Notes under the pieces: generated by a model
Told to the model about the DNA's origin: nothing
What the model saw: the letters and a program-made list of their open reading frames with translations, nothing else
The model's database searches: none
Made by a program: the position numbers and the translations under genes
Shown here: positions 41,901 through 49,628 of the stretch, piece after piece
Layout: every line of letters starts with the position of its first letter
Numbering within the stretch: position 1 is the stretch's first letter
DNA from: a virus
IMG/VR virus record: IMGVR_UViG_3300044678_003030
Coordinates: 29,957 to 93,956 of that record
Reading direction: 5' to 3' (one strand)
Length of the DNA: 64,000 nt

Positions 41901-44006
41901 CCCCTTCCGGTAGTCCTCGATCTCTTCCTTGAGATCATCCCAGGAGGCGTACTCGACGCGGTTGACACAGCGAGTCTTCGGCTTGCGCTCGATCTGACGC
42001 AGGACCGTGTCGACCTTCTCCATGGGGACGCCGACGATGAACTTCACATCGGCCGGCTTCCACTCACCATCTTCGTTCTGTTCGTCGGTGTCGACGGAGA
42101 CCAGGGCGCCGTCAGGGTCGTCACCGACCCAGAAGTCCAGGGAGTCGCCATCAGGGCCTTCGAAGCCCGGGAGGTAGCCATAGTCGCAGGGGAAGGGATG
42201 ACCCCAGGGCTTCTCGCCCTTCTCGATCTCGATTTCGAAGGTGAAGGGCCCGTGCTTCTTGGACTGCGCCACCGGGCGGTCCGCGAGCTTCTCTTCCTCT
42301 GCGGCCCTCTTGGCGCGGCGCGGCTCAATGTAGATGAACCCGTGTTCGATCTTGCGCACAATGCCGCTCACGGGCGCGAGCGGCACAACCATGCGGCCGT
42401 AGAAGTCCTCATAGGACCCCCCGTCCGGGTGTTTGACCTGCACCAAGGGCGCCTCCCGCTGAAGCAGTGGCAGACCCTGTGTCTGCATCTTGGAGCCCAT
42501 GATCGCACGGTTCCCCTGGATCGAGTGCAGGAGAGGGATCAGGCTCGTGGCCGGCGAGTAGGTGTGCGAGACGTGGAGCTGCTGATAGTCAACGTCCTTG
42601 GCGTCGACCTTCTGGACCTGCCCTTGGTGAAGCGCGTCTACACGCCCCTGCATGCGCTGATGCGGGAAGGCGATGACTTTGCTCATCATGTCCGAGGCGT
42701 TCACGAACTCGGTCTTGTTGGTCCGTGCGTTCCTGAGCGGTGTGTAGAGGTTGCCCTCTTCGTCTCGGTGAGCGGCGATCGTGGCGCGGATGTCGACGCC
42801 TGCGTGGCCGCTCTCTGGCGTGCGGATCGGGTCGAGGATGCCGAAGTGCGTCGCGTGCGTGAGGCGTGTTGAAAAAGGGATCGCGCGCTCACTGGGAATG
42901 CCGCCCTCTCCGAGCGCTGTGACCTTCACCGAGTGATCGAGGAGCTCAAGCGGGTTGATTCCCGTGGGCACCGCTGAAAGGGCGCTCGACGTGATGAACT
43001 GGCGCAGCGGCTGGGAGAAAGGAGCTGGCTTGAGAGAGCCTCGGATCTCCTGCTTGCCGTTGAGCGCCATGCGAGCCTTCGGAGCCCATTCGCGCGCGGT
43101 GAGCTTCACGCGCTCTGCGAGAAAGTCGTCCACGCTGTGGAATGTCTTGAACGCGAGCGAGTCGGCGTCGTCCTCCGGGTCTTGACCCCTGTGCACGCGG
43201 AGCAGCTTTTGCGCTGCGGCGAGGAGCGCAGGCGGGGTGACCTTGTCGTGTGACGCCCCGAGCGTGATGCGCGTGACGTGCGCGTCCATCACGGTGTTTC
43301 CGAAGCGCTTGATGACCTCTGCGAGCTTCTCGGTGTGGCTCGCCTTGGCATTGAACACGGACTCGTGCGCGAGCTTTTGGTAGAGCTTCGCGATCGAGAT
43401 CTCCTCCTTGCCGCCGAAGAGCGCCTTGTTGGCGTCAGCGATGGGAGCGCCGAGCTCGCGCGCGATGACCTCATGGGTGACCCCGAGGGCGCGTAGCACA
43501 GGGTAGAGCGGGATGTTCGTCGAGTCGTAGACGAGGTAGAACGCTGACTTCGCCGGGTCGATCGTGACGTTGAAGTTCGCACCCTTGGAGAGGTTGAACG
43601 TCGTGTGCAGCTCCCCGTTCGCGCTCCGCTGCGTGTACGCGCCAGGACGGCGACGCAGCATGTTCGCGATCTGGTACTCGTTGCCGTCCATCAGGATGGT
43701 GTGGCGTTCGGAGAACCACGGGAGGTGCGTGAGGGTGAAGTTGCGCGCCTCGTTGACGATCTTCCCGTCGCCGTCTTTCAGGACGAGCGTCCCCTTCACG
43801 GGCTCAGAGAGCGAGTCGCCGGTGAGGAGCGCGTGCTTCTGCTCCTCAGGGGAGAAGTCTCGCGCGAGCACCTTGATGTCCTTGACCTCCAGGGTGCGAC
43901 CCTTGAGATCGACGGGGAATGCGCGTTCGAGCTCCCTGACGACTTTCCCGCGCACATTTTCGCGCAGCGAGTGGGCGTCGGTGAGTACAGGTGACAGGAC
44001 AGGCAT
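38934..44006 (-). CDS. rpoB: Phage multisubunit RNA polymerase, beta fused to beta' N-terminal part, with PPase-like insertion
   Basis: beta: HFGILDPIRTPESG, NRAIMGSKMQTQ, NSNDAVVIS, GDKLANRFGGKGVV, SRIN, GLGKMEVDAL; beta': KPEKGGLF, VPVIPPIFRP, LLNRAPTLHR, catalytic FNLDYDGD. Confidence 0.92.
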   Translation of the reverse strand: MPVLSPVLTDAHSLRENVRGKVVRELERAFPVDLKGRTLEVKDIKVLARDFSPEEQKHALLTGDSLSEPVKGTLVLKDGDGKIVNEARNFTLTHLPWFSERHTILMDGNEYQIANMLRRRPGAYTQRSANGELHTTFNLSKGANFNVTIDPAKSAFYLVYDSTNIPLYPVLRALGVTHEVIARELGAPIADANKALFGGKEEISIAKLYQKLAHESVFNAKASHTEKLAEVIKRFGNTVMDAHVTRITLGASHDKVTPPALLAAAQKLLRVHRGQDPEDDADSLAFKTFHSVDDFLAERVKLTAREWAPKARMALNGKQEIRGSLKPAPFSQPLRQFITSSALSAVPTGINPLELLDHSVKVTALGEGGIPSERAIPFSTRLTHATHFGILDPIRTPESGHAGVDIRATIAAHRDEEGNLYTPLRNARTNKTEFVNASDMMSKVIAFPHQRMQGRVDALHQGQVQKVDAKDVDYQQLHVSHTYSPATSLIPLLHSIQGNRAIMGSKMQTQGLPLLQREAPLVQVKHPDGGSYEDFYGRMVVPLAPVSGIVRKIEHGFIYIEPRRAKRAAEEEKLADRPVAQSKKHGPFTFEIEIEKGEKPWGHPFPCDYGYLPGFEGPDGDSLDFWVGDDPDGALVSVDTDEQNEDGEWKPADVKFIVGVPMEKVDTVLRQIERKPKTRCVNRVEYASWDDLKEEIEDYRKGSKTASYGRIWANHAAMNAGLAGRDVRYMFNYPGADGALASAGKRLPRLAADVVYGVLPPQLTHDDSLDDLNTGSLGEWFMHGYAPWENPSPAEVHSVKEAARRERELIKVPYSDNFPFPSKTRLHHTLSVKANDTVEMGQMLGDSNFTRNGTLASGLNARVAYMPYYGLNSNDAVVISEGFAKRMTSEHMYREVFPLNATIELSAKRHKVYFGAKYQPSQYAQLDETGVVKKGAKVNHHDLLVAGLAKAQVTGTDLMLGKISKTLTKPWQEVSLSWEHGTQGEVVDVVRTPTQIAVLVKTHEQMQVGDKLANRFGGKGVVAKIVSDKEMIKDSAGNPVELLMTSAGVVSRINPAQLHEALAGKIAEKTKKPIFFDNASSENAIDWVERLAKEHNVSGYEHVHDPVSGRKIVGPDGQGVFVGRSFIFKLFKSTDTNFAGHGVGPYDANEQPLKQGGEEGAKGLGKMEVDALLAHNARGMLSDAANIRGQKNEAFWRAIQLGQPLPANRPSFAFNKFQAMLEGAGVKVRKDGSKFRLLPATDADIMARSSGAVQNSKTLIAKNLKPEKGGLFDPFLTGGTEGTLYSHVDLHEAMPNPVFEEPIRRLLGLTEKRFTDLLKEKGGGHIKKELASINIDAKLKELEGKLPMLKASDLNNAVKQIKYLRALKAEGLRPENAYVLSKVPVIPPIFRPITQQKNNPSQLMVADANKLYGHLMDVNDAVKDAVLDSDVPKHRAALYNAVGAVFGTHTVDDQKLQKEEVKGFLTQVSGQGSPKGGFFQRKLMKRQQDVSGRGTAVPDGNLHMDAVSLPEDMLWQMFDKLLVARLVRKGYSALHARELVDKRAPAAKQCLVEETKERPVLLNRAPTLHRFGIVAAYAQPTMGKTIRVSPFVEKGFNLDYDGDTLQVHVPLTRAGIDDAKRMTMSHLLLSDQTPNKLMAFPQHEAIIGITHALKYTPNKAQPVRRFKTEAEAVAAWRRGEVKVDDPVEIG
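41608..41620. promoter_or_regulatory. TTCAC-N3-GTGAA site
   Basis: TTCACCGAGTGAA; at the edge of the RNAP insertion. Confidence 0.85.
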
Positions 44007-44313
44007 GAGCGTAATACTACGCGTATTCTGTGGTAGAAGAAGTTGTGGAGGTACCTGTGTCGATGCTAAGCGCAGCGCTGTTCGCTCTCATGCACTCATA
44101 CGCGCCGTACATGCCCGGCGAGGTGCCTCCTGCCCCGGTTCCGCGCGTGCCGCTGTGTCCGGTGGTGCAACTGGCGCCGGTTCGAGTTCGTCGTGGCTTT
44201 TCCTCGACGAAGATGCAGCCTCGTAAGTACGTCTGAGGAGGTCCTCGTGGTTATTCGTTCGGTCTTCGACAAGGTGCTGCGCGCCGCGCTGCGCCTTGTC
44301 CTTCCTGCTTGAT

Positions 44314-44326
44314 TTCACGGGGTGAA
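44314..44326. promoter_or_regulatory. TTCAC-N3-GTGAA site
   Basis: TTCACGGGGTGAA; intergenic. Confidence 0.85.
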
Positions 44327-44341
44327 ACCCGCGCACCGGGC

Positions 44342-44815
44342 CTACAGCTTCGGTGCGCGGGTTTCGCCCATTGCCCGGCGAGAAGACGCTTCGAGGTCTT
44401 CTTTTGTCTTCGGGCGAGCGACACCGACGGACTTGATGATCGTCCCGTTCTTGAGCGTCGTCGTCTCGGTCTCGTAAAACCGACACACCCCGTCCGCGCG
44501 ATCTTGCAGCAGCTTTCGGTAGTCCTTGATCTGCGTGTGGGGGCAGGTGTGGTCACCCTCATCTGGTAGGACGAGGGTTCCAGCCTTGTGCCTCCCGCGG
44601 CACAGCGCGCACGACTCCCACGGGCGGAATACGACAAAGATGCAGTGGTCGAGGTCCCACTTCATCTGCTCGATCGCCCGACCGAAAGGGTTCCTCGGAT
44701 CGTCTTTTGGCACTCTCGGGTGAGCATCCTCGGGGCCGAGGGGATTGCGCAGCCCGCGTGCTTGCTTGTCTGCGGCGTCTGCCGACTCCGCGAAGTTCTC
44801 GGTGCTTGTGTTCAC
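44342..44815 (-). CDS. Hypothetical Cys/His-containing protein (157 aa)
   Basis: GTG start overlaps portal stop; CxxC and CPH. Confidence 0.55.
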   Translation of the reverse strand: MNTSTENFAESADAADKQARGLRNPLGPEDAHPRVPKDDPRNPFGRAIEQMKWDLDHCIFVVFRPWESCALCRGRHKAGTLVLPDEGDHTCPHTQIKDYRKLLQDRADGVCRFYETETTTLKNGTIIKSVGVARPKTKEDLEASSRRAMGETRAPKL

Positions 44816-46542
44816 TGCATACCACCTTGTGCTGCGCCGCCCTGCATCGAGCTGCGTGCCTCTGCTTCCTGGTTCTGCTGGATCTGCTGGATCCTTTGCA
44901 TGACCACTGCGTGCAGGATGGGTTGTGATCCTTGCAGGTTGTCGACGGCGTTGGTCCTCGCCGCCTCGTCCATCTGCATGTACTCCTGCGCCTTCTGGTC
45001 GGCCGCGCCCATCACTTGATCCGTGTTGTTGTAATCGATTGGCCCCGACGCCTGGGACTGTTGACGCGCTCGCTGGCTGAGGGAGGTCTGGATCTTGTTG
45101 ACTTCGAACTCCAGGATCTGCTGCTCCCGTAGGTCGTCGATGGTGTCTTGGCGGCGCTGCTTGCGTTCGTGGTCGGCGTCGATCTCGAACATCTCGTAGA
45201 TCGTCGTATCCGAGATTTTCCCCTGCCCCCAGAGCTGGAGCATGAGCTCCTTGCGCGCCGTGTCGTCGATCATCTTGAAGTCGCTCAGGCGCACGTCGAT
45301 CGGCGTGGTACCCAAGAACTTCGCGGTTTTGAGCTCGATCCAACGGAAGAGCCCGTTCAGGTTGTTGATGTGGTTCTGGAGCTGGTTTTCTATCATTCGC
45401 AGCGTCGTCTCGCCGCGTGTCTGCCCGAGACCGCCTTCCAGGAACTCCCTCGGCACGCCGAAGGCCAGCATGATGTTCTTCTCGGCCGCTTCGAGCTCGG
45501 CGAACGTCAGCATCGCGCGGCCTTGGCCCCCGATGTCCTGTACGCCGACGGGAACAGGGGAGATGATGATCTTGTTCGGGTCGCGCTTGAAGTCGCGGAA
45601 CCCTTGTTCCATCTTCTCGCGGAAACCGTCGAGGTCGAGCGACATGCTCGGGTCCCCTGCCACCCCTTGACCCGTGGGGTGAATCACACGCATCGGCGTG
45701 ATGTGTTCGAGCGCGACGGCTTCGTTGCCGCGCCGGAGCGCCGCCGCGAAGAGGAACATCTCGATCGCCGCTGCCACAGGGGGCAATCCCCACTCCGGTC
45801 GAAGACCCGACAGGTTTGGCATCTTCATGTGGTAGAGGTTGCCCTCGTTGAACCGGAGGAGCTTGCCCTTCTGCACCGTCTTCAGGATGCTCATCGGCAT
45901 CGTGTTGATGAGGTGCTGGTCCCCCGCGCGAATGTCCTGTCGCAGGTCTTGCGGGATCTGGAAGTAGTAGACTGACTGGTTGGTCAGCGGGTTGTGCTTG
46001 ATGTCGAGGAGCTTCGGGTCCCACCGGGTGAGATTCAGCCGGCGCGCGTCGACGAGAGGGATGTCTTTGATCTGCGCGCGCACAGCGTTTCGGCATCGTG
46101 GGCAGTCGTACTTGATCGTCAGCTTCTCCAGCGAGAAGTCGTAGTCCTCGACTGCGACGATGTCGGTCTCTGCGCGGCACCTCGGGCAACAGAGCATCCG
46201 CTTGAACGGCTCGTAGAGCGACGCTGCCGCGTTGCCGTAGACCCAGGCGTCGAAGGACATGACACCCGCGAACTCACGCGCCCGAAGGTGGTCGTCATAG
46301 AGCTCACGGTGGCGTTGGCGCTCGGCCACACCGACGTCGCCGAACTTGAGCTTGGTGAGTGGATACTCGCCAAACTTACGCACGACGGCGTATACGTGAG
46401 GCGAATGCTGAAGAAGCACCTCCGCCCAGTAGAAGCATTCCTTGATCGTTCTCGGGCGAGAACGACGGAAGATCGTGTCGAGGGGGTGCCCATGCAAGCC
46501 CTCCCGCAGGAAGGGCGATCGTTCGCCAGCGTAGTCGAGCAA
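44812..46542 (-). CDS. Portal protein with Zn-ribbon insertion
   Basis: 576 aa, first gene of virion operon; YGNA, WGLPP, AFGVPREFL; CPRC x2. Confidence 0.7.
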   Translation of the reverse strand: MLDYAGERSPFLREGLHGHPLDTIFRRSRPRTIKECFYWAEVLLQHSPHVYAVVRKFGEYPLTKLKFGDVGVAERQRHRELYDDHLRAREFAGVMSFDAWVYGNAAASLYEPFKRMLCCPRCRAETDIVAVEDYDFSLEKLTIKYDCPRCRNAVRAQIKDIPLVDARRLNLTRWDPKLLDIKHNPLTNQSVYYFQIPQDLRQDIRAGDQHLINTMPMSILKTVQKGKLLRFNEGNLYHMKMPNLSGLRPEWGLPPVAAAIEMFLFAAALRRGNEAVALEHITPMRVIHPTGQGVAGDPSMSLDLDGFREKMEQGFRDFKRDPNKIIISPVPVGVQDIGGQGRAMLTFAELEAAEKNIMLAFGVPREFLEGGLGQTRGETTLRMIENQLQNHINNLNGLFRWIELKTAKFLGTTPIDVRLSDFKMIDDTARKELMLQLWGQGKISDTTIYEMFEIDADHERKQRRQDTIDDLREQQILEFEVNKIQTSLSQRARQQSQASGPIDYNNTDQVMGAADQKAQEYMQMDEAARTNAVDNLQGSQPILHAVVMQRIQQIQQNQEAEARSSMQGGAAQGGMQ

Positions 46543-46547
46543 GGGGG

Positions 46548-46560
46548 TTCACTCCGTGAA
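46548..46560. promoter_or_regulatory. TTCAC-N3-GTGAA site
   Basis: TTCACTCCGTGAA; at the portal/helicase divergence. Confidence 0.85.
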
Positions 46561-48649
46561 ACTTGAGGGAAGCATCGTGAATCATACGCCCGTGTTCGTC
46601 CTGCGGACTAGGGACACGGGCGAATGGCGAAAGGCGTGGGGCGCGTCGCCAAGGAAGGACGACTGGATCTTTCCTGCGTACTATCCGTTTGGGCTGCGCA
46701 CGCTTGAAGACCTCGGGCGCTTTTGCCCTGGCATTACGCTCGATCCAAGCGCCGCAAAGTGGCGCGCGAAGCTCATCGAGGCTCGCGCGCTGGAAGAAAA
46801 GGCAGAGAAGTCGTGGGCCGGGAAGCAGTTTTCAGAACTCCCGTTGCCTTCGGGGTATAAGTTTTTCCGCTCACCGTTTCGGCACCAAACCTACGGGGTT
46901 GCGGTTGCTTACGCGCGCTGGCGGAAGTTCTTCCTGTGGGACATGGGCGTCGGGAAGACCGGTACGGTGCTTGAGCTCGTCCGGTTGCTCAAGGCGCTCG
47001 GTGAGTTCGAGAAGACGCTGATCATGTGCCCGCCCGTCGTGCTCTCAACCTGGGAGCGCGAAGCCAAGAAGGTTTCAGACGGTGAGATCAACGTCGTTGT
47101 GTGGGACGGTGACTGGATCAGCGACAGGGAGCTGCGGACACGGGGGTGGATTCCGCCCCGCAAGGACGTCAAGGGCACTTCCCGTGTCCCTTTTGTCCGC
47201 GAGGTTCTCACAGAACGGGCGGCGTCTGCCGACCTCGTCGTCGTGAGCTACCCAATGGCGCGGATTGAGGCGCAAGCAGCGTTCAAGGAAAACCGCGACA
47301 ACCCGCTCAGCGTCCTTGGCTTTGGGATGGCCGTCGGCGACGAGTCTCATACGCTCGGCGACTACGACAGCCAGACGACCCGTGCCGCGTTGGAATACTC
47401 CTCTAGGGCCGGGAGAAGGATCCTTCTCTCGGGGACTGCGGCGGATCATCCCAAGAAGCTCTATCCCCAGCTTCGCTTCCTCGCGCCGGGGCTGCTCCCT
47501 CTGGATTACCGGGGGTACCAGAAGCGCTACCTCGTCAAACACCCGTTCAACAAACACATCGTCGTCGGCTACAGCAACCTCAACGAGCTCAACGAGAAGG
47601 TAGACCTCGTTGCCTCACGCATGAAGAAGGCCGACTGTCTCGAAGACCTCCCCCCTCGTACGACCACGGACGTCCCGTTCCGCCTGGGGCCCAAGCAAGC
47701 CAAGCGGTACAATCAGCTCGTCGAGGAGGCTAAGGCGACGGCTGATCTTTTTTCCTCGCGCCCCGCCAGAGTTTCTTTGCGCGTGCTCACGCCAGAAGAC
47801 GAAGAGTCCATCGCCGAGGGCGACTACATCGTTCCGCCTGTTCACAAGGAGGACAAGGCATACGTCGCGGCAGCCGAAGGCGGCGTTCGCGTTTCGAAGC
47901 TGCGCCAAGTGCTCTCTGGGTTTCTTCACACGTCGCTCGACATGACTGTCTGCGACGGGTGCGACCGGATGCTCAAGTGTGTGGATAGGCGTGTGAAGCC
48001 GTACACCCCTGCGTGCAAGATAACTGAGCCGCCTCCCCTGGAGACGGTGCGCGACTTTGAGAACCCACGCCTTGACGTCTGTAAGGCGCTCCTCTCGAAC
48101 ATCCTCAACAACGACGAGACCAACAAGGTCATTATCTGGGCGAACTTCCGCCAGGAGCTTGACGACCTCGCGGCGCTTTGCACCTCCCTCGATGTTGGCT
48201 TCGTACGCGTAGATGGTTCTACGGGGTCCAAGATCCGCCACCTCGAAGACAGGTTCGAAGCGGATCCTTCGTGCCGCGTGTGGGTCGCGCAGAGCGCAAC
48301 AGGTGTTGGCATCACGCTCAATGCCGCCAACTACACGATCGACTACGCGCCGACATGGGATCGAGTGCACGACAAGCAGAAGCGTGACCGTAACTACCGG
48401 GCAGGGCAAACTCGCCCAGTCACGGAGTACAGGCTCTACGCCGACGGGACGCTTGACGAGTTCATCCTTGCGACGCTCGCCTTCAAGGACGATGTCGCGT
48501 TCACCATGCTTGAGAAGATTCGTTGCACGGGGTGTGACCACCGTGCGCGCTGTGCCAAGGAAGAGATCCGCCCTTTTCAAGAGGGCTGTATCCATCAACC
48601 GGACGTAACCAAGCTCAAAGGAAACGTTTCCGTGGTTGACGCAGACTGA
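46556..48649 (+). CDS. SNF2-family helicase/ATPase
   Basis: PFRHQ, DMGVGKT, DESH, LLSGT, KVIIW, GVGITLNAA, RNYRAGQ. Confidence 0.9.
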   Translation: MKLEGSIVNHTPVFVLRTRDTGEWRKAWGASPRKDDWIFPAYYPFGLRTLEDLGRFCPGITLDPSAAKWRAKLIEARALEEKAEKSWAGKQFSELPLPSGYKFFRSPFRHQTYGVAVAYARWRKFFLWDMGVGKTGTVLELVRLLKALGEFEKTLIMCPPVVLSTWEREAKKVSDGEINVVVWDGDWISDRELRTRGWIPPRKDVKGTSRVPFVREVLTERAASADLVVVSYPMARIEAQAAFKENRDNPLSVLGFGMAVGDESHTLGDYDSQTTRAALEYSSRAGRRILLSGTAADHPKKLYPQLRFLAPGLLPLDYRGYQKRYLVKHPFNKHIVVGYSNLNELNEKVDLVASRMKKADCLEDLPPRTTTDVPFRLGPKQAKRYNQLVEEAKATADLFSSRPARVSLRVLTPEDEESIAEGDYIVPPVHKEDKAYVAAAEGGVRVSKLRQVLSGFLHTSLDMTVCDGCDRMLKCVDRRVKPYTPACKITEPPPLETVRDFENPRLDVCKALLSNILNNDETNKVIIWANFRQELDDLAALCTSLDVGFVRVDGSTGSKIRHLEDRFEADPSCRVWVAQSATGVGITLNAANYTIDYAPTWDRVHDKQKRDRNYRAGQTRPVTEYRLYADGTLDEFILATLAFKDDVAFTMLEKIRCTGCDHRARCAKEEIRPFQEGCIHQPDVTKLKGNVSVVDAD

Positions 48650-48670
48650 CATCGAGTATCCTCCGCCCTC

Positions 48671-49213
48671 ATGGACATCACACTCAAGACCCCTGAGCTC
48701 GCGGAGGCTCTGCGCCTCTACCTTGAATCCCGGGGGTTGGTAGTCCGAAACGACACCGGGGTCGTTGTTCGCAACGGCGAGGACGGCGAGCTCCGGGTCG
48801 AGATCACCGGGGTATCACTCGGTGAAAGTCGCCCTGCCGCAACGGCACCGAGCCGCACGCCGCCACCGCGAGAGGAGCCGGCCGAGGTGCCCCTACGCCC
48901 CCACAACAGGCCGCAGACGGCGGCCATGGTGAGCATGCCTGACGCTTCCGAGTGGAAGCCAGGGCAGCTCGAACCGACCGAGACCGTCTCCATTCCTGTC
49001 GACAGGTTTCGCGTGGAGAAGGTGCCTCCAGGTGAAGTGCCTAACGCACGTGCGCTAGGTCGCCCCGTGGAGCGTATCGTGCCCGCCTACGACAACGACG
49101 GCGTCGCTGCGGAGTATCAAGTACACCCGGTGGAAGGGCTCCTCCCGAGCTCGGCGTCGGGGCCGGTTCCCGGGGAGCGTGGCAGCATGAACGACATGCC
49201 GAACGACTTCTGA
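48671..49213 (+). CDS. Hypothetical protein
   Basis: 180-aa ORF; Pro-rich C-terminal half. Confidence 0.6.
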   Translation: MDITLKTPELAEALRLYLESRGLVVRNDTGVVVRNGEDGELRVEITGVSLGESRPAATAPSRTPPPREEPAEVPLRPHNRPQTAAMVSMPDASEWKPGQLEPTETVSIPVDRFRVEKVPPGEVPNARALGRPVERIVPAYDNDGVAAEYQVHPVEGLLPSSASGPVPGERGSMNDMPNDF

Positions 49214-49298
49214 AAATCGACATGTTCCTGGTAAAAGCACTTGCCTTTCCTCTGTGGCTGCTTTACAGATCGAGCCCTCGCAAGGTAGACCTTCCTTC

Positions 49299-49616
49299 AT
49301 GACGCGACGACAGACACGGACGGCCGGCTTGTTGCACATCGAACGCATGGAAGCCGTTCGTGGGAACCTCGCCGCCAAGCGCAAGGCGGGCGGCGGCGAG
49401 CACTTCGCCGATGACCATCTCTTTCGAAAGCTCTCAACTGTGCTGTTTACGGCGTACGAAACTTCTGGCCTTTCACCGCGTGAATGTGCCATGGAGTTCT
49501 ACGGCGCCTTCGCTCACCTCTTGAACGGCAAGCCGGTAGAAACGCTACCGGCGCCGTCTCTGGAGCCCGAGGTCCACGCCGAGCTCAAGGCGTTGGCCGC
49601 TACGTCCAATGACTGA
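49299..49616 (+). CDS. Hypothetical protein
   Basis: ORF directly upstream of the ParB-like gene; start uncertain. Confidence 0.5.
   Translation: MTRRQTRTAGLLHIERMEAVRGNLAAKRKAGGGEHFADDHLFRKLSTVLFTAYETSGLSPRECAMEFYGAFAHLLNGKPVETLPAPSLEPEVHAELKALAATSND
49472..49484. promoter_or_regulatory. TTCAC-N3-GTGAA site
   Basis: TTCACCGCGTGAA; about 145 bp upstream of parB. Confidence 0.85.
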
Positions 49617-49628
49617 GGAGAACTGATC

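Noticed and set aside
41600-42312. Intein or intron in the RNAP gene
   Set aside because: Frame is continuous, with no N-terminal C/S plus C-terminal HN-C/S/T signature and no homing endonuclease motif
35397-44006. Bacterial chromosomal rpoBC locus
   Set aside because: Highly divergent, differently split, no ribosomal protein neighbours, and embedded among portal and capsid genes
44816-46189. 5' extension of the 615-aa minus-strand ORF
   Set aside because: Overlaps the portal gene in another frame; only the last 157 codons look coding
46854-46860. GGTATAA as a fourth promoter copy
   Set aside because: Inside the helicase gene and lacks the AAAA element 15 nt upstream
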